Of a stretch of DNA of 64,000 nt, positions 9,655 through 18,128 are shown one piece after another; position 1 is the stretch's first letter; the number at the start of each line of letters is the position of its first letter. A program made the translations under genes and the position numbers. The DNA lies in NCBI GenBank assembly GCA_964640125.1, contig CAZXGG010000006.1:15756-79755 (forward strand), in the 5' to 3' direction. The stretch is from an uncultured Rikenellaceae bacterium (GTDB lineage Bacteria > Bacteroidota > Bacteroidia > Bacteroidales > VadinHA17). Below the pieces are notes generated by a model. The model was given only the letters and a program-made list of their open reading frames with translations, was not told the DNA's origin and ran no database searches.

Positions 9655-11064
9655 ATGAAGATTAAGCTTATTTTATCTGCAAACCCAAACGATCCGTTGA
9701 AGAACCGGGAACCCTTTATGCCTTTATCTCTGCCGATTCTCGCTGGTACAGCACCGGAGCATGATTATGAGTTTATTGATATGCTGATGGATTCCAATGA
9801 AATCAACTATGATGAACCCATTGATCTTGTCGGTATTAGCATCAGGCTTTCTGCTGAAGATATAGCATACCGTATCGCAGATGAGTTTAGCAAAAGAAAT
9901 GTAACGGTTGTCCTTGGCGGTCCGCAGGTCTCTTCTGTTCCTTTTGAAGCGATTGAACATGCCGATAGCGTGGTTATCGGAGAAGCGGAGACATTGTGGC
10001 CCAAATTACTCAAGGATCTGCAAAACGATCGGTTGAAGGATTTTTATGTTTGTTCCCCTTCTCCATTTGATCCGCAAGGGAGAACATACTACCAGCTCGA
10101 TGAAATGCCTAACCTGGAAGGTCTTCCAAAACCCAACAGAAGTTTGTTTAAAAGAAAATACACCTTCGACATGGTTTATGCTTCCAGGGGATGCCCGATA
10201 GATTGTGACTTCTGTACTGTGACGACCTTATTTGGAAGTAAATACAGAATGCGACCCGTTGAGGAGGTGGTGAATGAAATTGCCGGTTTTACAGGATATT
10301 ATTATCTCCTGGATGATACGGTATTCGGCAGACCATCCACGTATGCTTATTACCTGGAGCTATTCGACCGGATTTCGAAGCTGAAAAAAAGAAATTACTG
10401 GACCGGCCAGGCTAATCTTGATGCGGCAACAACAAAAAAAGGACAGGAGGTCATCCGAAAAGCAGTTGAAACTGGATTTCTTTATGCAGCCGTGGGTATT
10501 GAATCCATTAATAACAAGGTGCTGAAAAAAAGCCGAAGCATTTCCAAAATGGGTATTCGCAACCACCAGGATGTAATCTCCAGGATGAAAGAGAGCATTG
10601 CTTTTATGCAGGAGCAGGGTATTGTCATCTCCGGATGGTTTGCCATCGGCTATGAAGAAGATGATATCGATGCCTATTATCGAACCTGCGAATTTTGCGA
10701 GGAAACCAATATTCTTCCGGTATTTTCACCCGTTCATGCACTGCCGGGATCAAGATTATACCAGCGGCTGTCAAAGGAGGATAAATTGCAGGATAACAGA
10801 ACAAACATCACCAATGTATCCCACCCGAGTATGACAAACCAGGAAATCATGAAAGCCCTTGAATATGTTGTGGAAAAAGGTTATAGCTTCAATGAGATCG
10901 TGAAAAGGACACGGTTCTATTGGAACAAGTTTACCCCGGAAAACTTCAATTCAACAGGCGATAAGATTCACAAGACCATTTTTACCTATATGACACAACA
11001 ACGAATGAAAAAAATCACGCAAAGCGAAAACAGGAAACTTCAAAGTAAGCTTCAAGACCGGTAA
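9655..11064 (+). CDS. B12-binding-domain radical SAM enzyme (class B), paralog 2
   Basis: 'DLVGISIRL...VVLGGPQVS...HADSVVIGEAE' and 'ASRGCPIDCDFCTV'. ATG at 9655 ('MKIKLILSANP') is preferred over the TTG at 9631 used by the track. Confidence 0.85.
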   Translation: MKIKLILSANPNDPLKNREPFMPLSLPILAGTAPEHDYEFIDMLMDSNEINYDEPIDLVGISIRLSAEDIAYRIADEFSKRNVTVVLGGPQVSSVPFEAIEHADSVVIGEAETLWPKLLKDLQNDRLKDFYVCSPSPFDPQGRTYYQLDEMPNLEGLPKPNRSLFKRKYTFDMVYASRGCPIDCDFCTVTTLFGSKYRMRPVEEVVNEIAGFTGYYYLLDDTVFGRPSTYAYYLELFDRISKLKKRNYWTGQANLDAATTKKGQEVIRKAVETGFLYAAVGIESINNKVLKKSRSISKMGIRNHQDVISRMKESIAFMQEQGIVISGWFAIGYEEDDIDAYYRTCEFCEETNILPVFSPVHALPGSRLYQRLSKEDKLQDNRTNITNVSHPSMTNQEIMKALEYVVEKGYSFNEIVKRTRFYWNKFTPENFNSTGDKIHKTIFTYMTQQRMKKITQSENRKLQSKLQDR

Positions 11065-11179
11065 TGTCTTGCCCTGTTTAAAACCTTTGTGAAAAATTTT
11101 ACCAGGTTAAGTAGCATATCGAATATAAAAAACTATACCTTTACGCGTTGATTTTTTAAAATCCAAAAAACGATACATT

Positions 11180-11740
11180 ATGAAAAAAATTGCTATGATT
11201 ATGGTTGTTGTTTTCGGAGTCCAGCTCATGGCTCAGGGACAACCGTTTGAGAAAGGAGACAAAACGATTAATCTGGGGATTGGAATAGGTTCTGCTCTTT
11301 ACTCCGGTAAACTTTACAAAATGAGAATCCCACCGATATCCCTCTCCTATGAGCAGGGTATTACCAATAAGTTAGGCATCGGGTATATCGGTGTTGGTGG
11401 ATATTTCGGGATCAGCGGATCGAAATGGGAGACAGAGTACCTAACCTATGAATACGGATGGAAATATACGTACATCGTTCTTGGCGCTCGTGGAGCCTAT
11501 CATTTTGATCTGGTAGATAACCTGGATCTCTATGCCGGCCTTATCCTCGGGGTCAAATTTGTAAGCAGTAAAGAGATCGGTGATTGGCCAACGGGTGTCA
11601 CTGTTAGTGAACAGAGCACCGGTGTGGCTCATAGTGAATTTGCAGGAATACGGTGGTTTTTCAAGCCAAATTTTGCCTTAATGGCGGAACTTGGATACGG
11701 TATAAGCTATCTCACTGTTGGAGCATCTTTCAAATTTTAA
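11180..11740 (+). CDS. small outer-membrane beta-barrel protein (OmpW/porin-like)
   Basis: 186 aa. Signal peptide 'MKKIAMIMVVVFGVQLMAQG'. Alternating Gly/aromatic beta-strand pattern. C-terminal 'GASFKF' ends in Phe. Confidence 0.65.
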   Translation: MKKIAMIMVVVFGVQLMAQGQPFEKGDKTINLGIGIGSALYSGKLYKMRIPPISLSYEQGITNKLGIGYIGVGGYFGISGSKWETEYLTYEYGWKYTYIVLGARGAYHFDLVDNLDLYAGLILGVKFVSSKEIGDWPTGVTVSEQSTGVAHSEFAGIRWFFKPNFALMAELGYGISYLTVGASFKF

Positions 11741-11762
11741 CGGATGGTATACATCCAAAGCT

Positions 11763-11797
11763 AGACCTCGCAATCTGTTTGCGGGGTCTTGTTTTTT
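11763..11797 (+). terminator. rho-independent terminator after the OMP gene
   Basis: 11-bp stem 'agacctcgcaa'/'ttgcggggtct' with one G-U pair, loop 'tctgt', followed by 'tgtttttt'. Confidence 0.7.
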
Positions 11798-11935
11798 AGT
11801 ACGGAATACTATAAAATATTGCTCACCCGTTGAATTGCCACTATTTTGTTACTTTTATTGCTAATCCGGGAAACCGGTTCCATCCTCCTTTGAAAATATG
11901 GAGAGATTTTTGCATTACGGAATGAAAAAAATCTT

Positions 11936-14332
11936 TTGATACCGTTTACGCCCATGACATTCTCCAGATCAGTCCATTCATTTCCACTGACTATCCTGTT
12001 TCTGGGAATCTTTATTTCCAGCGGCTTTTCTCAGGTTGTTTTCAAACAGAATATTCGTGGGACTGTTGTGGATAAAGCATCACAATTCCCGCTGTCAGGT
12101 GTGAATGTCATCCTTATTGGTTCCGATTCCCAGCATGGTACCATTACAAATGACCATGGGGAGTTTCGCTTTGAAGAAATCGTTATCGGAAGATACGACC
12201 TTCAGGTGAGCTATGTTGGATACAATACAGTAACCACTCCGGGAATGGAACTCACCTCTGCCAAAGAGATGGTGCTTGAGATAGAGATGGAAGAGAAAGT
12301 ATTAACCCTCGATGAAGTGACCGTAAAGGCTTACTCGAGGAAAGACCGCCCCATTAATGAAATGGCAACAGTCAGTGCACGGTCTTTTACAGTGGAAGAG
12401 ACAAACCGGTATCCTGGAAGTTATGGAGATCCTGCACGAATGGCTGCCAATTACGCAGGGGTTATGACAGCCAGGGATAACAGGAATGACATCGTGATCC
12501 GTGGCAATTCTTCCATTGGCCTGCTCTGGCGTCTTGATGGCATTGAGATCCCGAATCCAAATCATTTCGGTGCTTCCGGAACGACCGGTGGTCCCATTTC
12601 AATCCTGAACAACAACCTGTTAACCAATTCCGATTTTTATACCGGTGCATTCCCCGCTGAATACGGGAATGCGCTCGCCGGAGTATTTGACCTTAACATG
12701 CGGTTCGGGAATAATGAAAAACGGGAACACTGGGGCCAGATTGGATGGAACGGTATAGAATTTGGAACAGAAGGACCCTTTTCAAAGAACTCAAAAGCTT
12801 CCTATCTTTTCAGTTATCGATACTCGATTGTCTCCATTATTGAAAAACTAGGGATTAATCTGGAAGAAGCAGCAGAGTACCAGGACCTGACACTAAAAAT
12901 CAATCTGCCCAACACCAGGGCCGGCAGTTTTTCCATCATCGGAATGGGCGGACTGAGTCACATTGATATATGGGATTCCGATAAGGATCAGTCCGACTGG
13001 TCATTTAATGATTCTGGAGAAGATCTTACCAATGGATCAGATATCGGGGTGATTGGCCTTACACACACCCATTTCATTAAAAAGAAAACCCGGTTAAAAA
13101 CCACCGCTTCGGTAATGGGTTCCCGTGTTGAAACCAGGATCGACACATTTACTGTGAGCAACCCCGACCCGTTTATCTGGGCTGGAGAGCAATCATCAGA
13201 AACGAAATACTCCTTTACCTCCCAGCTTACCCGGAAGATCAATGCCAGAAATACACTGGTTCTTGGTGCAATGTACGATATCTACCAGACCAGCTTTGCC
13301 GATAGTCAATACTATCACGGGAACTACCGGTTGGATACCGATGCCGAAGGTAACCTTTCATTGATCAGGGCTTTTACCCAATGGCAGCATAAATTTACGG
13401 ATCATCTCTCTTCATCCATGGGTGTACATTACCAATACCTTACCTTTAACGGGTCCTGGTCTCTTGAACCAAGAGTGGGGATTACGTGGGAGTTCATTAC
13501 AAATCAATCGATCAACCTGGGTTACGGATTGCACAGTCAGATTCAGCCTCGTTTATTCTATTTCGTGTTGTCTCCCCAAACGGATGGAAGCTATGTTCAA
13601 TCCAATCGAAACCTTGGAATGTCAAAAAGCCATCAAGTGATCCTCGGATACGATTATCTGCTGAATGAAAACCTGAGACTAAAGATTGAAACATACTACC
13701 AAAAATTGTTTAATATTCCTGTTCAACCAAAAAATCCCGCTTACTCCCTCCTGAATACCGGGGCAGAATATTTTATTGAAAGGCAGGATAGCCTTGTTAA
13801 CGAAGGGACCGGTGAAAATTACGGGGTTGAATTGACATTCGAACGGTTCCTGAGCAATAACTATTATTTCCTCATTACAGCATCCTTGTTCAGCTCCACC
13901 TATGAGGGCCATGATGGAATAAAAAGAAACAGTGCTTTTAATGGCAATTATGTTTTCAATGCCATTGGTGGTTATGAGCTGATTTTCCCAAACCGGAAAG
14001 ATATTGCATTCAATTTCGGACTGAAAGCAACCTGGGCCGGTGGAGTTCCCTATGTCCCATATGATGTTGAAGAGACGGTACGATTGGGGGAAATTGTCCT
14101 GGATTGGGACCGGGCTTATGAACCCCGGCGCAAGGATTACATCAGGGCGAGCCTTCGATTGGGCATTAAGCGGAACAGACCAAAATTCGACATGGAAACG
14201 GCCATGGATTTTCAGTACCGGACAAATTACACCACCGTATTCCTGGAAAGGATCGATGTCAATACCGGAGAAATTCACAAAAATTATAAGATGGGATTCT
14301 ACCCGATGGCGACCTGGAAAATACAGTTTTGA
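11936..14332 (+). CDS. TonB-dependent receptor with N-terminal carboxypeptidase-regulatory-like domain
   Basis: 798 aa. 'IRGTVVDKASQFPLSGVNVILIGSD' (CarbopepD_reg-like). Plug-like 'IVIRGNSSIGLLWRLDGIEIPNP'. Long beta-barrel ending 'ATWKIQF'. Start is uncertain: TTG at 11936 or ATG at 11951. Confidence 0.85.
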   Translation: MIPFTPMTFSRSVHSFPLTILFLGIFISSGFSQVVFKQNIRGTVVDKASQFPLSGVNVILIGSDSQHGTITNDHGEFRFEEIVIGRYDLQVSYVGYNTVTTPGMELTSAKEMVLEIEMEEKVLTLDEVTVKAYSRKDRPINEMATVSARSFTVEETNRYPGSYGDPARMAANYAGVMTARDNRNDIVIRGNSSIGLLWRLDGIEIPNPNHFGASGTTGGPISILNNNLLTNSDFYTGAFPAEYGNALAGVFDLNMRFGNNEKREHWGQIGWNGIEFGTEGPFSKNSKASYLFSYRYSIVSIIEKLGINLEEAAEYQDLTLKINLPNTRAGSFSIIGMGGLSHIDIWDSDKDQSDWSFNDSGEDLTNGSDIGVIGLTHTHFIKKKTRLKTTASVMGSRVETRIDTFTVSNPDPFIWAGEQSSETKYSFTSQLTRKINARNTLVLGAMYDIYQTSFADSQYYHGNYRLDTDAEGNLSLIRAFTQWQHKFTDHLSSSMGVHYQYLTFNGSWSLEPRVGITWEFITNQSINLGYGLHSQIQPRLFYFVLSPQTDGSYVQSNRNLGMSKSHQVILGYDYLLNENLRLKIETYYQKLFNIPVQPKNPAYSLLNTGAEYFIERQDSLVNEGTGENYGVELTFERFLSNNYYFLITASLFSSTYEGHDGIKRNSAFNGNYVFNAIGGYELIFPNRKDIAFNFGLKATWAGGVPYVPYDVEETVRLGEIVLDWDRAYEPRRKDYIRASLRLGIKRNRPKFDMETAMDFQYRTNYTTVFLERIDVNTGEIHKNYKMGFYPMATWKIQF

Positions 14333-14451
14333 TTTAGCCCAGGAAGCACCTATAATACATGGTTGGAATCTTATGCATCTCTTTAAGTTCGTTGAACGGG
14401 ATTTTTTTCTAAATTTGAGCGGAATCCTTTTACTCATACCTAATTATTCAT

Positions 14452-14829
14452 GTGATGAAAAATCAAATGCTAAAGACACTTTTTTTAGTTGCCCTGGTGT
14501 TAATCATCCCGGTTTCGGCAATGGCAAACAAAACATCTGTTGAGTTAACCGCACCTGAAAAAGCTGAAAAAGGAAGTGAAGTTACAGTGGTCATCCATGT
14601 AAAACACATGGGAAATTCAGCTACTCATTTTACCGATTGGGTTTCTGTTAAGATCAATGATAAAGAGGTGAAACGCTGGGAATACAACAAAAAGGAGCGG
14701 CCTGAAGCGGGCAATTTTACACTGGAATACAAATTTGTATTGAACGAAAAATCGAAAATCGTTATCCAGGGCAATTGCAATAAACACGGAAGCGCCGGCC
14801 CGAAAGAAGTAGTGATCGATGTGATGTGA
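14452..14829 (+). CDS. secreted desulfoferrodoxin/neelaredoxin-fold (superoxide-reductase-like) domain protein
   Basis: 125 aa. Signal peptide 'MMKNQMLKTLFLVALVLIIPVSAMA'. 'HVKHMGNSATHFTDWV' and 'GNCNKHGSAG' resemble the His...His and C-N-x-H-G iron-ligand motifs of SOR domains. The first N-terminal His ligand was not seen. Confidence 0.45.
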   Translation: MMKNQMLKTLFLVALVLIIPVSAMANKTSVELTAPEKAEKGSEVTVVIHVKHMGNSATHFTDWVSVKINDKEVKRWEYNKKERPEAGNFTLEYKFVLNEKSKIVIQGNCNKHGSAGPKEVVIDVM

Positions 14830-14894
14830 CCGGTAACCCTTTCTTTTGTGCTATTCACACGATAATATCAATGCATTAACTAAATCCTTTCACC

Positions 14895-15071
14895 ATGTAT
14901 ATCGTTATTATTGTTCTTGGGATAATCAATCTGGTTCTGGTTCTAATCCAACTTTTTAGTGGACTTAAAGTAATCAGGATCTCATTCAAAAGCCACAAGA
15001 GGTTCGGTATAGCACTGGCCACAGGCGCAATTGTTCATGGCTTCCTGGCCCTGTATTATAGTTTCTTTTGA
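14895..15071 (+). CDS. possible small two-TM membrane protein (58 aa)
   Basis: My own translation gives MYIVIIVLGIINLVLVLIQLFSGLKVIRISFKSHKRFGIALATGAIVHGFLALYYSFF. It has two hydrophobic helices flanking a basic loop. It is shorter than any ORF listed in the supplied track. There is no homology evidence. Confidence 0.3.
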   Translation: MYIVIIVLGIINLVLVLIQLFSGLKVIRISFKSHKRFGIALATGAIVHGFLALYYSFF

Positions 15072-15258
15072 TCATTATTAAACCCTATTACCATGAAAAA
15101 ATTCTATTTAGATCCCGGTATTCGGATCGCTGAAGCATATGCCACATGTGGTAAGGAACTGGGCGCTTTTCTTGGAAAGAAAGTCCTTTAATTGGTTTGG
15201 GAATTGCCGTTCCATCTGTGAACCGGTATTCCTTTTTCAGCCTTGCTATTAATTCACT

Positions 15259-15295
15259 GCTGCCGGATTTTCAGTCCGGCAGCCTGTTATTTTAT
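15259..15295 (+). terminator. stem-loop terminator candidate downstream of the SOR-like/small-ORF unit
   Basis: Perfect 9-bp stem 'gctgccgga'/'tccggcagc', 7-nt loop 'ttttcag', followed by the T-rich 'ctgttattttat'. Confidence 0.5.
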
Positions 15296-15373
15296 ACCAC
15301 GATGACGAGCCTTACACCCAACAGCTCCTGTCCCATTTAAAATTAGAAAAGTGAATAATATCACTTAGCTCTC

Positions 15374-16711
15374 ATGAAGATCCTGTTAATCAATCCACCT
15401 CGTTCACCGAAGAATCAGATCCTTGAATCCGCTCCTGAGGAGGCAAAACCATTCATTCATAGAAAGCTCATTGGACCACCGCTGGGTTTACTGACCATCG
15501 CAGCTGCAACAAAAGATCATGATGTCAGGGTTTTTGATATGAAAGGAGAGTATGATCTCGATCCCGCGACACCTTCGCTACAGAATTTAACCCTACAACT
15601 ACTCCGTGAGCATGATCCTGACATCGTAGGCATAACCGTCATCACATCGGAATTCAACTTCTCCATTGAAATATTCGAAACCGTCAAACAATATGATCCC
15701 TCCATTTTAACGGTTGCAGGAGGACTTCATACCACACTCTGCCCCGAAGATTTCACGGATCGGGCCATCGATATTGTCTGTCCCGGACAAGCTGGTGATA
15801 CGTTTCGAAAGGTGGTTGAAGCCCGGGAGAAAGCTTTGCCATTCCATAAAATCCCCGGAATATTTGTCAACTCACCAGATGGATTAACCAGGACCCCCGG
15901 TCATACGCCATCATGGGATGCAGCCGGAAGGGATTTTCTGATGCCCGACCGCAGCCTCCTGAACCGCTGGAGATCAACTTACAGGGTGGGGAAAAACATT
16001 GAACCGTCGACCTACCTGTTTACATCACAGGGTTGTCCTTATGAATGTACTTTTTGCTCCATCTGGTGCGAGTTCAAAAAGAAATTCCACCAGCGTGATC
16101 TGGAAAGTATCATCACGGAATTGAAACTGGTCGATTATTCAATTGTCCGGTTTGCAGATGCCAACACCATTGTGAATGTTGACTTTATTAACCGGCTGCT
16201 CGACCGTATTCAGGAAGAAGGCATTGAAAAAGAGTTCATCATGGATATCCGTGCTGATACGGCAGTAAAACACCCAGGGCTTATTGAGAAACTTGCCAGA
16301 ACGGGATTAAAAGTGGTTATCTGTGGATTCGAATCATTCAGGGATGAAGAACTTGCGTATTACAAAAAAAAGTCACCTGCCGGTATCATTGAGGAAGCCA
16401 TTCGTGTTTTTCACCAGAACGGGATCCTGTTGCGTGGCAATTACGTTGTTCCGGGTTACTATACTCACGATGACTTCAAGGCCCTGGCTGATTATGCCGA
16501 TTCACACCGGGTGAGTTATGCAGGATATACTATTCTGACTCCAATGCCGGGTACACTCCTATACCGGGAAATGAAAGAGGCGATCATCGATCATGACCTT
16601 GCCAAATACAACTTTTTCAACTCCGTAACAACAACCCGGTTGCCGATTGATGAGTTTCACTACGAGGTTGGAAAACTCTGGTTGATAAAAAAGGGAACAG
16701 ATGTGATATAA
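15374..16711 (+). CDS. B12-binding-domain radical SAM enzyme (class B), paralog 3 (most divergent)
   Basis: 445 aa. 'DIVGITVITS...TVAGGLHTT' N-terminal domain. 'TSQGCPYECTFCSIW' CxxxCxxC motif. Confidence 0.82.
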   Translation: MKILLINPPRSPKNQILESAPEEAKPFIHRKLIGPPLGLLTIAAATKDHDVRVFDMKGEYDLDPATPSLQNLTLQLLREHDPDIVGITVITSEFNFSIEIFETVKQYDPSILTVAGGLHTTLCPEDFTDRAIDIVCPGQAGDTFRKVVEAREKALPFHKIPGIFVNSPDGLTRTPGHTPSWDAAGRDFLMPDRSLLNRWRSTYRVGKNIEPSTYLFTSQGCPYECTFCSIWCEFKKKFHQRDLESIITELKLVDYSIVRFADANTIVNVDFINRLLDRIQEEGIEKEFIMDIRADTAVKHPGLIEKLARTGLKVVICGFESFRDEELAYYKKKSPAGIIEEAIRVFHQNGILLRGNYVVPGYYTHDDFKALADYADSHRVSYAGYTILTPMPGTLLYREMKEAIIDHDLAKYNFFNSVTTTRLPIDEFHYEVGKLWLIKKGTDVI

Positions 16712-16793
16712 TGTGCGCGGGATATTAATTTTTCACGGTACACAATCAGGCGATTCTCTTTGTACACTGCCATTTGATTCCGGCATTCATCCA

Positions 16794-18128
16794 TCACCTC
16801 TGAAAAGAGGATGAATAACACTCCCCTTTCAGTTGCTCATATTCCTTCGCAAGATATTGCCTCACCTGTTTTGCCCGTTTAGAATAGTTCTCACCAAAAT
16901 TACTGTCCGTGATGTTTATCCGGGGGAATATTTTCTGAACAATTGAATTACTTTTCCCCCAAAACTCATCCTTTTTCAGTACTTCATCCGTTCCACAAAA
17001 TAGGATGGGGACAATATCCATTTCCAGTTTTTCAGCTATATAAAAAGCACCCCGGTGAAAACGCTGGATTTTTTTATTCCTGGAACGGGTCCCCTCTGGA
17101 AAAACGATGATGGAATATCCTTCTTCAATCCTTCCCCTGAGCTTTTCAAAAACCCGGTCAATACCAGCAGAAACATTGTAGAAATCAGCAAGTTTGGAAA
17201 TGTGGCCAAAAATGGGGGAGTTGTAAACCCAATCATTCGTCAGGATAATTGCCTTTGGGCATAATCGAAACATAAGCGTTGTATCGATCAGGGATTGATG
17301 ATTAGAAATAAGTACAGCCGGCTTTTTAAATTTTTCTTGCGTTTCATTGATTAGCTTGGCCCTCATGGGGATAATCCATATGAAAAACCGTGAGTAATAC
17401 ATCACCATATAGTGAAAAATCAATTTCCTGCGTTCAATGTCCAAAAACAGGAGCGCGTACACCAGCAATCCGAATAATCCCAGTAATCCGCTTCCCAACA
17501 CCAGGATAAAATAGGTCCACAAGGTTTGAATGATCTGAAGGAAAGTCAACGGCTTCACCCCTCTTTCAATCCGTTTACTAAAAAGTTGCTCATAAGCCAT
17601 CCGTTGAAAATAAACAGTATATAAAAGGGTGTTGGCGACACCTGTTAAGGCAAGACCGATGAACTTACCCGCCCTGTTATCTGTGATTGTAAGGAGCAAA
17701 AATCCGGTTGCCAGGAGAACCAGGCAGGTGAGCGGAAAACCAGCAGCTGAAAACCATTTCATTCCTCTCCCTCCATGATGAAAGGTAAACAATAATGTTG
17801 TTCCCAGGGACAAATTAAATCCGTATATCAAGATCCAGGGGACGGATACATCTCTTCCAAACCTAAAAAAGAAACCGATACCCGCAGTAAGGATAAACGC
17901 AAGGAGGGTGCTTAGAAATGCTATGATCGTCAGTTCAAAATTTCTGAAAACAAGGTAGAGAACAATCAACACAGAAAGAGCAACAGCGATGGACACCGTT
18001 CCGGGACTTGTACCCATGATAAAAAAACATACGCTTTCCTGGTTGATCAGATAGAAGAGAAAAAACATCAGTCCGGGTAACGCAATCCAGGAGAGAGTAT
18101 CCATTATTTTTTTCAATCCCGAAGTCAT
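16794..18128 (-). CDS. polytopic membrane protein fused to a PlsC-type lysophospholipid/glycerol acyltransferase domain
   Basis: 444 aa. About 240 aa of TM helices, then acyltransferase motifs 'ISNHQSLIDT' (HX4D) and 'VFPEGTRS'. ATGA overlap with the upstream MMPL-fusion gene. Confidence 0.8.
   Translation of the reverse strand: MTSGLKKIMDTLSWIALPGLMFFLFYLINQESVCFFIMGTSPGTVSIAVALSVLIVLYLVFRNFELTIIAFLSTLLAFILTAGIGFFFRFGRDVSVPWILIYGFNLSLGTTLLFTFHHGGRGMKWFSAAGFPLTCLVLLATGFLLLTITDNRAGKFIGLALTGVANTLLYTVYFQRMAYEQLFSKRIERGVKPLTFLQIIQTLWTYFILVLGSGLLGLFGLLVYALLFLDIERRKLIFHYMVMYYSRFFIWIIPMRAKLINETQEKFKKPAVLISNHQSLIDTTLMFRLCPKAIILTNDWVYNSPIFGHISKLADFYNVSAGIDRVFEKLRGRIEEGYSIIVFPEGTRSRNKKIQRFHRGAFYIAEKLEMDIVPILFCGTDEVLKKDEFWGKSNSIVQKIFPRINITDSNFGENYSKRAKQVRQYLAKEYEQLKGECYSSSFQR

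Noticed and set aside
11741-11935. Possible cobalamin riboswitch upstream of the TonB-dependent receptor. The region contains 'GCCACT' and 'GGGAAACCGG' strings.
   Set aside because: The elements are in the wrong order relative to the riboswitch core (the GGGAA...GGUG..CC region should precede GCCACUG). I could not fold a convincing P3-P6 architecture by eye. It needs Infernal/Rfam before any claim. Region 11065..11179 also showed nothing.
13679-14437. 252-aa minus-strand ORF, plus the overlapping 167-aa plus-strand ORF 14040..14543.
   Set aside because: Both overlap the 3' part of the TonB-dependent receptor, whose frame carries clear beta-barrel motifs. Neither has a motif of its own, so they are shadow ORFs.
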